64,000 nt of DNA from NCBI GenBank assembly GCA_000996355.1, contig LCAH01000001.1, positions 18,482 to 82,481 of the forward strand, read 5' to 3'. Shown piece after piece: positions 9,284 through 18,603 of the stretch; within the stretch, counting starts at the first letter, position 1; each line of letters begins with the position of its first letter. The notes under the pieces were generated by a model. It did not search any database and was not told the origin of the DNA. It was given only the letters and a program-made list of their open reading frames with translations. This DNA comes from Candidatus Uhrbacteria bacterium GW2011_GWC2_41_11 (GTDB taxonomy: Bacteria; Patescibacteriota; Patescibacteriia; UBA9934; GWF2-40-263). A program made the translations under genes and the position numbers.

Positions 9284-10819
9284 TTATCGTGCGTATTCCA
9301 CCACACGTGTTTCACGAATAAGAGTGATCTTTACTTCGCCTGGATATTGAAGTTCTCCCTCGATTTTGAGGGCAATGTCTTTTGCGAGTTTGTACGCAGT
9401 TAAATCATCAATTTTTTCCGGTTGAACAAAGACACGAACCTCACGACCCGCTTGAATGGCGTAGGCTTTTTCAACACCTTCAAAACTTATAGCTGTTTGT
9501 TCGAGTTCCTTCATGCGTCCCACAAATTGTTCCAAAGATTGTTTGCGTGCTCCTGGTCGTGCTCCACTAATAGCATCCGCAGCCTTTACAAGTGCTCCTT
9601 CGATCGTACGTGGACGATCTTCGTGATGGGCAATGGATTGGTAACAAATTTCTTCCGGGAGTCCAAATTTTTTCAGGATATTGTATCCGATTTCCGGGTG
9701 TGCTCCTTGCATATCATGGTCTACGGCCTTGCCAATATCATGAAAGAGTCCGCCTTTTTTGCACACAAAAACGTCTGCACCCAATTCTTCGCCCATAATG
9801 GCGGAAAGTTGGGCAACTTCAATGGAGTGCTGGAGGACGTTTTGACCGTAGCTTGTGCGATATTTAAGACGACCGAGAATCGAAACAAGTTTTGGATCAA
9901 TGGAAGAAACGGGAATACCCAGTGTATAAAGTGCTTCTTCTCCGCTTTTTTTGATGTCTGTTGCGAGCATTTTTTTTGCGTCGCTGATGGATTCCTCGAT
10001 GCGGGCTGGATGAATGCGACCGTCTTTAATGAGCATTTCAAGGGCTAATTTTGCCACCTGACGACGAATCGGAGAAAATCCGCTGATGGTGATAATCTCT
10101 GGAGTGTCATCTACAATAATTTCTGTGCCAGTGAGAAGCTCGATGGCTTTGATATTGCGTCCCTCTTTTCCAATAATACGTCCTTTCATCTCATCAGATG
10201 GAAGAGTGACTGCTGTTGTGGTTGTTTCAATGGCTTGTGAAGATGCGTAACGCGTGACTGCCAAGGATAAAAGTTTACGTGCCTGACGTTCCAATTCTTC
10301 TTCAGTCATTTGTTCGAGTTTACGAATTCGATTCAGCATGGCTTCCTGATGTGTTTCCTCGACAAGTTTTAAGAGACGTTCTTCAGCTTGCGTCTTGGTA
10401 AGATTGGAAATTTCTTGCAATTTTTCCACGGCCTGTTCTCGCAATTCTAAAACTTTTTTCTTTCCTTCTTCAACATGTTTAACTTTTTCTTCGAGTTTAT
10501 TTTTTTTATCTTCAAGTTCCAGGAGTTTTTGATCAAATAAAACTTCCCGTTTTTCTAGACGTTTTTGAGATTCTTGGAGATCTCGTTGTCGATTTGTCTC
10601 TTCTCGTTTCGCTTCCTCAATAATATTGATGGCTTTTTCTTTTGCTTCAATGAGAAGTTCTTGTTGTTTCGTCTTTGATTCCGCAATGAGTTTTTCTGCT
10701 TTTGTTTCGGCATTTCGCATGGTCTTCTGGGCAAGATAACGGCGCATGATATAGCCAATGCAAGCACCAGCAATGAGTCCGCATCCCAGGATAAAAATGG
10801 TAAATGGAAGGGATAACAT
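9284..10819 (-). CDS. rny: ribonuclease Y
   Basis: N-terminal TM, coiled coil, KH domain (KGRIIGKEGRNI), HD domain (HDIGK), AYAIQAGREVRV. Confidence 0.97.
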   Translation of the reverse strand: MLSLPFTIFILGCGLIAGACIGYIMRRYLAQKTMRNAETKAEKLIAESKTKQQELLIEAKEKAINIIEEAKREETNRQRDLQESQKRLEKREVLFDQKLLELEDKKNKLEEKVKHVEEGKKKVLELREQAVEKLQEISNLTKTQAEERLLKLVEETHQEAMLNRIRKLEQMTEEELERQARKLLSLAVTRYASSQAIETTTTAVTLPSDEMKGRIIGKEGRNIKAIELLTGTEIIVDDTPEIITISGFSPIRRQVAKLALEMLIKDGRIHPARIEESISDAKKMLATDIKKSGEEALYTLGIPVSSIDPKLVSILGRLKYRTSYGQNVLQHSIEVAQLSAIMGEELGADVFVCKKGGLFHDIGKAVDHDMQGAHPEIGYNILKKFGLPEEICYQSIAHHEDRPRTIEGALVKAADAISGARPGARKQSLEQFVGRMKELEQTAISFEGVEKAYAIQAGREVRVFVQPEKIDDLTAYKLAKDIALKIEGELQYPGEVKITLIRETRVVEYAR

Positions 10820-10867
10820 AAAAAAATCGGTTATCCGAGAAATAGGGAAATGGTCTTTTATTGTCGA

Positions 10868-11092
10868 AACCGGAAAAAGAACGTCTGAACTCGAAAAAGA
10901 ACTGATTTACAGTTCATGTACGAAGGAAAATCTACCAGAGAATGGAAAAAACATACAAAAACATTGGAAGTAATCGAGATAATATCAGACGAACCGGGTC
11001 CACAAGAGAAAACTCATTCAGCCATTTCTTTTATTGGAAAACATGATCAAAAGTTACATCTTTAGTTTGCCAGAAAATATCTGTTTTCGCAA
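10868..11092 (-). promoter_or_regulatory. rny promoter and long structured 5' leader
   Basis: TTGCGA-17-CAAACT on - strand (11092-11064); long-range pairings CCGG/CCGG, CGTCTGA/TCAGACG, CTCGA/TCGAG between 10870 and 10997. Confidence 0.45.
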
Positions 11093-11106
11093 GCCATCCA
11101 TAGCAG

Positions 11107-11829
11107 TTAGAGATGGGAGACAGGAAGACGAGAAAGAATATTTTCTTCTGACAAAAGATGAGATTTCCATTCTGTTTGAAGGGATTCCAGAGAAATTGCT
11201 TCAGAAACACCAAATGGTCCAATAGAAATTCTTCGTAATTCTTCCACATATCCTCCACATTTCAGAATAGTTCCTATATCTCTAGCTAAGGCACGAATAT
11301 AGGTACCGGATGAACAGTGGATAGAACTTTCAAAGTGATGAACATTGAGGTTTGCATCTGATTCGCAAGAAAGAATATCCCACTCAAAAATGGAAACTTT
11401 ACGCGGTGCAGCTTGGATCGGATGACCGGCTCGTGCAGCGCGATACAATGTTTGACCCTGAACTTTGATTGCAGAATAAATGGGAGGAATTTGTTCAATG
11501 GTTCCTTTGAATGTATGAACAGTTTGAGCAATAGTTGCTTCATCTGGAAGTGGCTTCGATGTTTGGGTGATTGTTCCGGTCCGGTCATCTGTGTCACTTT
11601 GTGCACCGAATACGATAGTTGTTTCGTAGATTTTATCTAAACCAACCAACAAAGAAAGACGTTTTGTCGTTGTCCCAATTCCAAGAATAAGAAGACCGCT
11701 TGCAAATGGATCAAGGGTGCCTGCATGTCCAATGCGACGAATCCCAATAACACGACGCGCATGATCAACGATGTCATGAGAGGTGGGCCCTGGTGGTTTG
11801 TCAATGAGGAGAAATCCAGACGGGGACAT
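11107..11829 (-). CDS. truB: tRNA pseudouridine(55) synthase
   Basis: IDKPPGPTSHD, GHAGTLDPFASGLL, QIPPIYSAIK, CSSGTYIRALARDIG. Confidence 0.96.
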   Translation of the reverse strand: MSPSGFLLIDKPPGPTSHDIVDHARRVIGIRRIGHAGTLDPFASGLLILGIGTTTKRLSLLVGLDKIYETTIVFGAQSDTDDRTGTITQTSKPLPDEATIAQTVHTFKGTIEQIPPIYSAIKVQGQTLYRAARAGHPIQAAPRKVSIFEWDILSCESDANLNVHHFESSIHCSSGTYIRALARDIGTILKCGGYVEELRRISIGPFGVSEAISLESLQTEWKSHLLSEENILSRLPVSHL

Positions 11830-11914
11830 AGAAAAGATGCGTTGTGAATTTATAGTTGTTTGATATAATTTAAAGAGATTTTTTCTTTCAGATTTGTCAT
11901 AAAAGGTTTTTTAC

Positions 11915-13606
11915 ATGGCTTTGCAAACAATACAATATCGAAGATTATTCGTCGATTCCGGATTTGTTTCTTCAGAAATATTCGATCGAATCATGAACGA
12001 GGCAATCAGAACAGTTCGACCTCCAGAAGCTGGTTTTGTTGAGGCTGGTATTTTTAAAGATGAAGAAATAGGTAAACTTATCGCAGATGCATATGGAATA
12101 AATTTTATTCATCTGAGTCAAACACCTATTGATCCGGAAGCAGTAAAAATGATTCCGGAAGCATTTGCCAGGAAAGAAAATGTTTTGGCTTACGGATGGA
12201 TCGATGGAATATGTCAGGTGGCAATGGTGGACCCGGAAAATAAAGAGGTACGAGATTTTTTAGAGAAAAAGCTTGGAGAGCCAATAATGGTCACTTATAC
12301 AACTCCAGGTTTTTTAGAAGAAGCATTTGCAGAATACAGTTCCCAAATATTTGATGAAATTTCTCAACTGATAGAGCAATATGGACGTTCATTTACTGAG
12401 CAAGGAGCACAAGCTCATATCGAACGTGAAAGTATTATTATCCCGCTTGTTGATCTGCTTTTGAGGTATGGGTGTGATAATCATGCCTCAGACATTCATA
12501 TTGAACCTCATGAGGCGTTTACACTTGTTTGTTATCGCGTGGATGGAATTTTATATGATCTTTTTCGGTTTCCGAAATCTCTTCATGAAGCTGTTGTTTC
12601 ACGTATAAAGATTTTGGCTGTCTTGCGCACAGATGAACACTTCACAGCTCAAGATGGCAAATTGTGCATTCGTTTACAAAATAAAAAAGATATAGATGTG
12701 CATGTTTCGATTGTTCCGATTCTTGAGGGAGAAAAGGTTGTTTTACGACTTTTTATGGAACGCGGGCGCGGACTTTATCTTGATATTTTGGGATTGGATC
12801 TGTCTGAAGTTGAAAAATTGAAAATAGCTGCGCAGCAACCATATGGAATGATCTTAACAACCGGTCCCACTGGTTCGGGAAAAACAACGATGATGTATGC
12901 TCTGCTTCAGATTTTAAACCAACGCGGTGTAAATATTGCGACCATTGAGGATCCTGTTGAATATGATGTAGAGGGAATCAGCCAGATTCAGGTCAATCCC
13001 AGAACCAAACTCACGTTTGCGACAGGTCTTCGGTCGATTGTTCGTCAAGATCCGGACATTATTTTTGTGGGGGAAGTCCGTGACGAAGAAACAGCAACCA
13101 TTGCGGTCAATGCTGCTATGACCGGTCATCTTGTTTTATCCACGCTTCATACCAATGATGCTGCGACCACATTGCCAAGACTTTTGGAAATGAAGGTGGA
13201 GCCATTTTTGATTGCCTCGACCATTAATGTCATTGTTGCCCAACGATTAGTGCGTCGTATTTGCAGACATTGTATTCACAGTGTGAATTCGGATTTGATA
13301 CGGTTACAAAGAATTGTTCAACCGACGTTGTTTCAAAAGTATTTTGGACAAAAAACGTATTTTCGTGTTTTTGCAGGCAAAGGATGTCGAGTTTGTCACA
13401 ATTCAGGATATATGGGTCGCATCGGAATCTTTGAAATACTTCAGATGACACCAAGAATTCGGGAATATATTATGCGTCGGGCAAATGCAGCGGAAATCCA
13501 ACAGGCTGCGGTTGAAGAAGGAATGACAACGATGATGGAAGATGGTATTCGTAAAATATTACAAGGGATCACAAGTGTGGAAGAAGTGTTGCGGGTTGTG
13601 TGTTAG
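11915..13606 (+). CDS. type IV pilus/T2SS assembly ATPase (PilB/GspE family)
   Basis: ASDIHIEP, GPTGSGKTT, TIEDPVE, RQDPDIIFVGEVRD, TGHLVLSTLHTN, two CxxC motifs. Confidence 0.93.
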   Translation: MALQTIQYRRLFVDSGFVSSEIFDRIMNEAIRTVRPPEAGFVEAGIFKDEEIGKLIADAYGINFIHLSQTPIDPEAVKMIPEAFARKENVLAYGWIDGICQVAMVDPENKEVRDFLEKKLGEPIMVTYTTPGFLEEAFAEYSSQIFDEISQLIEQYGRSFTEQGAQAHIERESIIIPLVDLLLRYGCDNHASDIHIEPHEAFTLVCYRVDGILYDLFRFPKSLHEAVVSRIKILAVLRTDEHFTAQDGKLCIRLQNKKDIDVHVSIVPILEGEKVVLRLFMERGRGLYLDILGLDLSEVEKLKIAAQQPYGMILTTGPTGSGKTTMMYALLQILNQRGVNIATIEDPVEYDVEGISQIQVNPRTKLTFATGLRSIVRQDPDIIFVGEVRDEETATIAVNAAMTGHLVLSTLHTNDAATTLPRLLEMKVEPFLIASTINVIVAQRLVRRICRHCIHSVNSDLIRLQRIVQPTLFQKYFGQKTYFRVFAGKGCRVCHNSGYMGRIGIFEILQMTPRIREYIMRRANAAEIQQAAVEEGMTTMMEDGIRKILQGITSVEEVLRVVC

Positions 13607-13714
13607 AGTCAAGAAATATAAAGTTTCTTTTTTCTCCTGTTCAAAAAAATGGTCGGCGACAACGGAGAGTTATGGTTGTAAAAAGGAGGGGAAACCAGGT
13701 TTTATTATCTATCG

Positions 13715-13743
13715 TTGACGAGTGAGTGTAACCACGTTATGAT
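13715..13743 (+). promoter_or_regulatory. sigma70 promoter of infB
   Basis: TTGACG-17 bp-TATGAT. Confidence 0.6.
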
Positions 13744-13765
13744 AGCCAACACTTAAGGTATTTTC

Positions 13766-15799
13766 ATGAATATTTCTGAACTTGCACGCCGTTTAAACGT
13801 TCTTCCAGAAGAGTTGCGGGAAAAAATTCCTTCGCTCGGTTTTAGTATTGGAAAACGTGCGATTAAAGTGGATGATCGTGTCGCTCATCAAATCATGGAA
13901 GCTTGGGCGGAAATGCGTCGTCGTCAGCGTTTGCAACAAAAAATGGATCAGCAAAAAAGTCAGACAGAGGCTCATGAACAACATCAGGTGCCTGTGGAAC
14001 GCAAGGAAGTTGCGATCCCCGCTGTTTTAACCGTACGTGAATTTGCAACGAAACTTCAGGTTCCTGTGGCACGTTTGATGCAGGAACTCATGAAAAATGG
14101 AATTTTTGCTTCATTGAATGAACGGATCGATTTTGAAACCGCGTCTATTGTTGCTGAGGATATTGGATTTCAAGCTGTTGCAGAAGATCAGAAACCTGTA
14201 GAAGAGGAGGATCAATCTGCACATCATTTGGCTGAAGTTTTACAAAAAGAAGACACGTCCGTTCTTGTACCGCGTCCGCCTGTCGTTGTCGTCATGGGAC
14301 ACGTTGACCATGGGAAAACGAAATTATTGGATGCAATTCGAACCACAAATGTGATTGATACAGAAGCAGGTGGCATTACTCAACACATGGGAGCTTATCA
14401 AGTAGAGCGAAAAGGAAGACTTCTTACTTTTATTGATACGCCAGGTCATGAGGCTTTTACGGTTATGCGTTCTCGTGGAGCAAAAGTCGCAGATCTCGCT
14501 ATTTTGGTTGTGGCAGCGGATGATGGTGTACAACCTCAAACAAAAGAATCAGTAAACATCATTCAATCAAGTCATCTCCCTTTTGTTGTTGCTTTGAACA
14601 AAATTGATCGACCAGAAGCAAATATTGATCGAGTAAAAGGTCAGTTATCTGAGGTAAATATTGTTCCGGAAGATTGGGGGGGAAAAACAGTGGTTGTTCC
14701 TATTTCTGCGAAAGTCGGAACAGGAATTGATGAATTATTGGATATGTTGTTGCTTGTGGCTGATATACATAAGGATGTTATTCGAAGTAATCCTCGCCGA
14801 CCTGCTATTGGTACGATTATTGAATCTCATGTTGATCCAGGTGAAGGACCGGTGGCAACAATGCTTGTACAAAGCGGGACATTGCGAATGGGAGATGTGT
14901 TGGGTGTGCGTGGTTCTTTATATGGTCGAGTGCGCGCCATGAGAGCATGGAATGGAGAAACAGTATTGGAAGCCGGACCTTCCATGCCAGTGAAAATTAT
15001 TGGATTGAAATATGCTCCAGCAGTTGGAGATGTTTTGGAAGTTCCAGAAGATGCAACAGAACTCAAAAAATTGAAAATGACAAAGCCGGTTCGTGCGGTT
15101 GAGGAAGTGGCATCTTTGAAACATATCGCACCTAAAGAGGGCGAAGAAGGAGAAAAGAAGAAATTTGTTCTTCCTCTCATTATTCGATCTGATGTTCTCG
15201 GGTCTCTGGAAGCAATTCTTGGAATGCTCGACACATTACAGCATGAAGAAGTTGGAGTGGAAGTCGTTGGAAAAGGTCTTGGAAATATTACAGATGCAGA
15301 TGTCATGAATGCAGAAACAGCCAAGGCATTTATTCTTGGGTTTAATGTTCGTCCAACAACGACAGCAGAAGAGCTTGCTCGGGAAAAAGATGTCTCTATT
15401 CGATCATATTCCATCATTTATAAACTTTTTGAGGATATTTTGGCTGAGTTGCAAAAGATGCTTCCATCGGAAACCTTTTTTACCGAACTTGGTCGCGTAG
15501 AAGTGCTTGCGAATTTCCGTAAAATGGAAGATGGATGGATTGTAGGAGTAAAGGTTCGAGATGGAAAAGTAAAACCAAAAACAAAATTGCGTATTTTGCG
15601 TGGAACGGAAATTATTGGAGAAGGAGAAATTTCTACGGTTCAGATTGGACGATCCGAAGCAAAAGACGCAAAAGCAGGACAAGAATGCGGTCTTCGATAC
15701 AAGAGTCGTACCAAAGCTGAACCGGGAGATATTTTTGAAGTATATATTGAAGAAACAAAAGGACGTCTTTTGGAAATTAAAGGTGTTCGAATGCGATAA
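13766..15799 (+). CDS. infB: translation initiation factor IF-2
   Basis: GHVDHGKT, GGITQH, DTPGHEAF, NKID, GSLEAI. Confidence 0.97.
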   Translation: MNISELARRLNVLPEELREKIPSLGFSIGKRAIKVDDRVAHQIMEAWAEMRRRQRLQQKMDQQKSQTEAHEQHQVPVERKEVAIPAVLTVREFATKLQVPVARLMQELMKNGIFASLNERIDFETASIVAEDIGFQAVAEDQKPVEEEDQSAHHLAEVLQKEDTSVLVPRPPVVVVMGHVDHGKTKLLDAIRTTNVIDTEAGGITQHMGAYQVERKGRLLTFIDTPGHEAFTVMRSRGAKVADLAILVVAADDGVQPQTKESVNIIQSSHLPFVVALNKIDRPEANIDRVKGQLSEVNIVPEDWGGKTVVVPISAKVGTGIDELLDMLLLVADIHKDVIRSNPRRPAIGTIIESHVDPGEGPVATMLVQSGTLRMGDVLGVRGSLYGRVRAMRAWNGETVLEAGPSMPVKIIGLKYAPAVGDVLEVPEDATELKKLKMTKPVRAVEEVASLKHIAPKEGEEGEKKKFVLPLIIRSDVLGSLEAILGMLDTLQHEEVGVEVVGKGLGNITDADVMNAETAKAFILGFNVRPTTTAEELAREKDVSIRSYSIIYKLFEDILAELQKMLPSETFFTELGRVEVLANFRKMEDGWIVGVKVRDGKVKPKTKLRILRGTEIIGEGEISTVQIGRSEAKDAKAGQECGLRYKSRTKAEPGDIFEVYIEETKGRLLEIKGVRMR

Positions 15800-15833
15800 A
15801 AATGTTCTTTGTTTATTTTTTCTTTTTTGAGAT

Positions 15834-16154
15834 ATGTCAGAACTTACATTAACGACTGACAATTTTGATTTTCATGTGCTTCAAGCAGATCGACCAGTCC
15901 TTGTGGATTTTTGGGCTCCTTGGTGTGGGCCATGCAAGATGATGGGTCCGATTGTCGAAGCATTAGCTCATGAGATGGAAAATGTGGTGATCGGAAAAGT
16001 GAACGTGGATGATGCGCCCGAGATTGCTCAGCGTTACAATATTCTTTCCATTCCCACTTTCATTATTTTTAAAGGCGGTCAGGTGATCGACCAGTTTTCT
16101 GGTTCCATGACAAAAGAAACATTGCGTGTGCGTTTGGAACATCATGTAAAATAG
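15834..16154 (+). CDS. trxA: thioredoxin
   Basis: DFWAPWCGPC, cis-Pro IPT. Confidence 0.96.
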   Translation: MSELTLTTDNFDFHVLQADRPVLVDFWAPWCGPCKMMGPIVEALAHEMENVVIGKVNVDDAPEIAQRYNILSIPTFIIFKGGQVIDQFSGSMTKETLRVRLEHHVK

Positions 16155-16161
16155 AATTTGT

Positions 16162-17085
16162 GTGGCAAAAGAAAAACTCATTATTATTGGTTCAGGACCG
16201 GCTGGACTGACGGCTGCATTGTATGCAGCACGGGCAGAATTGCAGCCAATATTATTTGAAGGACAGCAAGCCGGGGGGCAATTGACCATGACAACAGAGG
16301 TAGAAAATTTTCCCGGATTTCCTTCTGGAATTTTGGGGACAGATTTGATGAGTCTTTTTAAAAAACAAGCAGAACGATTTGGAACGCGAGTGATGAGTGA
16401 AACAGTTGTGGATGTTGATTTTTCTGTCCCCATCTTTTCGGTGAAAACAGATAAGGAAACGTATCAAGCAGAAACGGTTCTTATTGCAACTGGAGCATCT
16501 GCGATGTGGCTCGGAATTCCCGGAGAACAGGAATATCAAGGTCGTGGTGTTTCTGCTTGTGCAACGTGTGACGGATTCTTTTTTCGTGGAAAAGAAATTG
16601 TGGTGAGTGGCGGAGGAGACGCTGCTATGGAAGAAGCATTATTTCTCAGTCGATTTGTAGATAAAATTACCGTTGTTGTGCGTCGTGATGAACTGCGTGC
16701 TTCGAAGATCATGCAGGAGCGCGTGAAAAAAAATTCAAAAGTGTCTTTTTTGTGGAATACGGAAATTCGCGAAGTACTTGGGGATGGACAAAAACTTACA
16801 TCGCTCCGTCTTTGGAATAATAAAACAGAAGAAGAATCCATTTTTTTAACAAATGGTCTTTTTGTTGCTATTGGACATAAACCAAATACATCTCTTTTTG
16901 AAAAATGGATCGCACTGGATGAAAAAGGATATATTCGTTGTGAAGAAGGTTCGACTCGTACAAACATAGAAGGTATTTTTGCGGCTGGGGATGTTGCGGA
17001 TCACGTCTATCGTCAGGCAATTACCGCTGCAGGAACAGGATGTATGGCTGCGATTGACATAGAACGTTGGCTTGGATCTAGATAA
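16162..17085 (+). CDS. trxB: thioredoxin-disulfide reductase
   Basis: GSGPAG, SACATCDG, GGGDAAMEEA, AAGDV..YRQAITAAG; GTG start. Confidence 0.97.
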   Translation: MAKEKLIIIGSGPAGLTAALYAARAELQPILFEGQQAGGQLTMTTEVENFPGFPSGILGTDLMSLFKKQAERFGTRVMSETVVDVDFSVPIFSVKTDKETYQAETVLIATGASAMWLGIPGEQEYQGRGVSACATCDGFFFRGKEIVVSGGGDAAMEEALFLSRFVDKITVVVRRDELRASKIMQERVKKNSKVSFLWNTEIREVLGDGQKLTSLRLWNNKTEEESIFLTNGLFVAIGHKPNTSLFEKWIALDEKGYIRCEEGSTRTNIEGIFAAGDVADHVYRQAITAAGTGCMAAIDIERWLGSR

Positions 17086-17086
17086 T

Positions 17087-17265
17087 TTGACAGAATGTCC
17101 GGAGCGTTTTATGGTTAAAGAAGAGAATAAATATGAATTCATCGAAATATTCCGCATCATTGAAACACTCCCATATGTGGACCACGGCAAGAAGCGGTGT
17201 ATTTTTTGATTGATGATTGAAAAGATATTCAAAAATAAACCACCGCTTTCCTGCGGTGGTTTTTT
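17087..17265 (+). promoter_or_regulatory. promoter plus leader-peptide transcription attenuator
   Basis: TTGACA-17-TATGGT; uORF 17133..17213; terminator 17237-17265 mutually exclusive with an antiterminator pairing 17192-17209 to 17229-17248. Confidence 0.65.
17133..17213 (+). CDS. putative leader peptide MNSSKYSASLKHSHMWTTARSGVFFD
   Basis: 26-codon ORF starting just after the predicted TSS; its last codons overlap the antiterminator strand. Confidence 0.5.
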   Translation: MNSSKYSASLKHSHMWTTARSGVFFD

Positions 17266-17339
17266 GTTTGTATGCGGATGTGGTTGTTTGTCTTAATCAT
17301 GAGAGAAACAACCTTCCCGAATAGAAACGGAGGTATAAC

Positions 17340-18524
17340 ATGTCCTTTGAAATCGAAATTCAAGATACATTTTCTTTGAATGATGTTTTGCATCTTGTTC
17401 GTACGATGTCGCCGGACACTGTATGTAAGACACCTCATGTTGGAAATCATTATCTCAATAATTTAGCCATGGGATTTTTGGGGATTCCTATGCGGCTCGT
17501 GGATACGAATGTGGGAAAAAAGGATGTAAATTTTCATCCCCATTGTTTGATCGTAGATGGTCGGCGTGAAATTATGGGAGATCCGAATCTTCTTATGCCG
17601 CAGAATTGTGTATGCTGCAAACCGAATCAGTTTAGTGAACGTTTTCCTTTAGGAGGTTTGATTCAAGATGGGCACATCTCTTCTCTTCAGGAGGTGTTTC
17701 CAAAAACATCTATTCAAGGGAATCTTGCATTTCTTCGGAAACATGCAGAGGTTTCAGAAATGACCTGTCTTTTGTTTGCAGAGCTATTTCCATTTCTTTG
17801 GAAACGTTCTGTGAATGAGTTTGGTTCAACGTCCGTTGATCTTCCGTTTTTGGGAGCATCTTCTCTTAAACATCTGGGGATTATGGGACTGACGAACCTC
17901 AAAAAAGGATGGATTATCCCGAATCAAATTGGCATCTTTTTGGATGTATTGATTCCGGCATTAAAGGGTGATTTTGTCGTATATCAACTATCTGGTCCAG
18001 ATATGTATCGATATATCTCCGGATATCTTACCGTGTTTCAAGAGATGTATGAGGCTGTTCGAGTGTCTTTGTACTCACAACTTCCGGAAACGGTTCGATT
18101 TGTTTGTATACCTGTTGCGGATATGCGGTTCGTCGTGCAAAAGGAGCGAAGGATGTTTTTGGATGAATTGATCGAGGCAGTCTGTGCATACGAGTTTTTC
18201 GAACAAGAAAAATCTATGGTTTTTGTTCGAGGGTCGTCTGAAGATAAAGAAAAACAGATTGCAACATTTCGTGAAAGAGGTCGTGTACATACAGAACATC
18301 TTTATCGTGCGATAGGTGCATTGCCAGAGATTTTTTATGAGATCTCGGATGGAACCTACTTGTCTCAATACGATCTGCTTTTGAATAAGGAACAAGGAAC
18401 TCCAACAGATGAACTTCTTTATATTCATCCATGGGCATTGGAAACACCTCTTTGTGACGTTTCCCGTATTTACAAACGTCTTCTGAAATTGTATGAGCGG
18501 CAGAATCGTAAACAGCGATCGTAA
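17340..18524 (+). CDS. hypothetical protein with HIGH-like motif (possible HUP/class I aaRS-like ligase)
   Basis: GGAGGT SD; KTPHVGN and YQLSGPDM motifs; own terminator at 18533-18568. Confidence 0.6.
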   Translation: MSFEIEIQDTFSLNDVLHLVRTMSPDTVCKTPHVGNHYLNNLAMGFLGIPMRLVDTNVGKKDVNFHPHCLIVDGRREIMGDPNLLMPQNCVCCKPNQFSERFPLGGLIQDGHISSLQEVFPKTSIQGNLAFLRKHAEVSEMTCLLFAELFPFLWKRSVNEFGSTSVDLPFLGASSLKHLGIMGLTNLKKGWIIPNQIGIFLDVLIPALKGDFVVYQLSGPDMYRYISGYLTVFQEMYEAVRVSLYSQLPETVRFVCIPVADMRFVVQKERRMFLDELIEAVCAYEFFEQEKSMVFVRGSSEDKEKQIATFRERGRVHTEHLYRAIGALPEIFYEISDGTYLSQYDLLLNKEQGTPTDELLYIHPWALETPLCDVSRIYKRLLKLYERQNRKQRS

Positions 18525-18532
18525 ATCGTGTG

Positions 18533-18568
18533 GCATCCGATCACGACATTGGTCGGGTGCTTTTTTCT
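18533..18568 (+). terminator. intrinsic terminator
   Basis: GCATCCGATCA-loop-TGGTCGGGTGC plus T-tract. Confidence 0.7.
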
Positions 18569-18603
18569 TTTTTCTATTCTTTAAAACCTAACATCTGACA
18601 TCT

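Noticed and set aside
13620-13700. Possible ncRNA between the PilB-like gene and infB
   Set aside because: Only a weak pyrimidine/purine outer stem, with no convincing inner structure or known motif.
14827-15417. Long antisense or alternate-frame ORFs inside core genes (also 9422..10048, 25669..26310, 56340..56921)
   Set aside because: Fully overlap well-supported genes and show no recognisable motifs.
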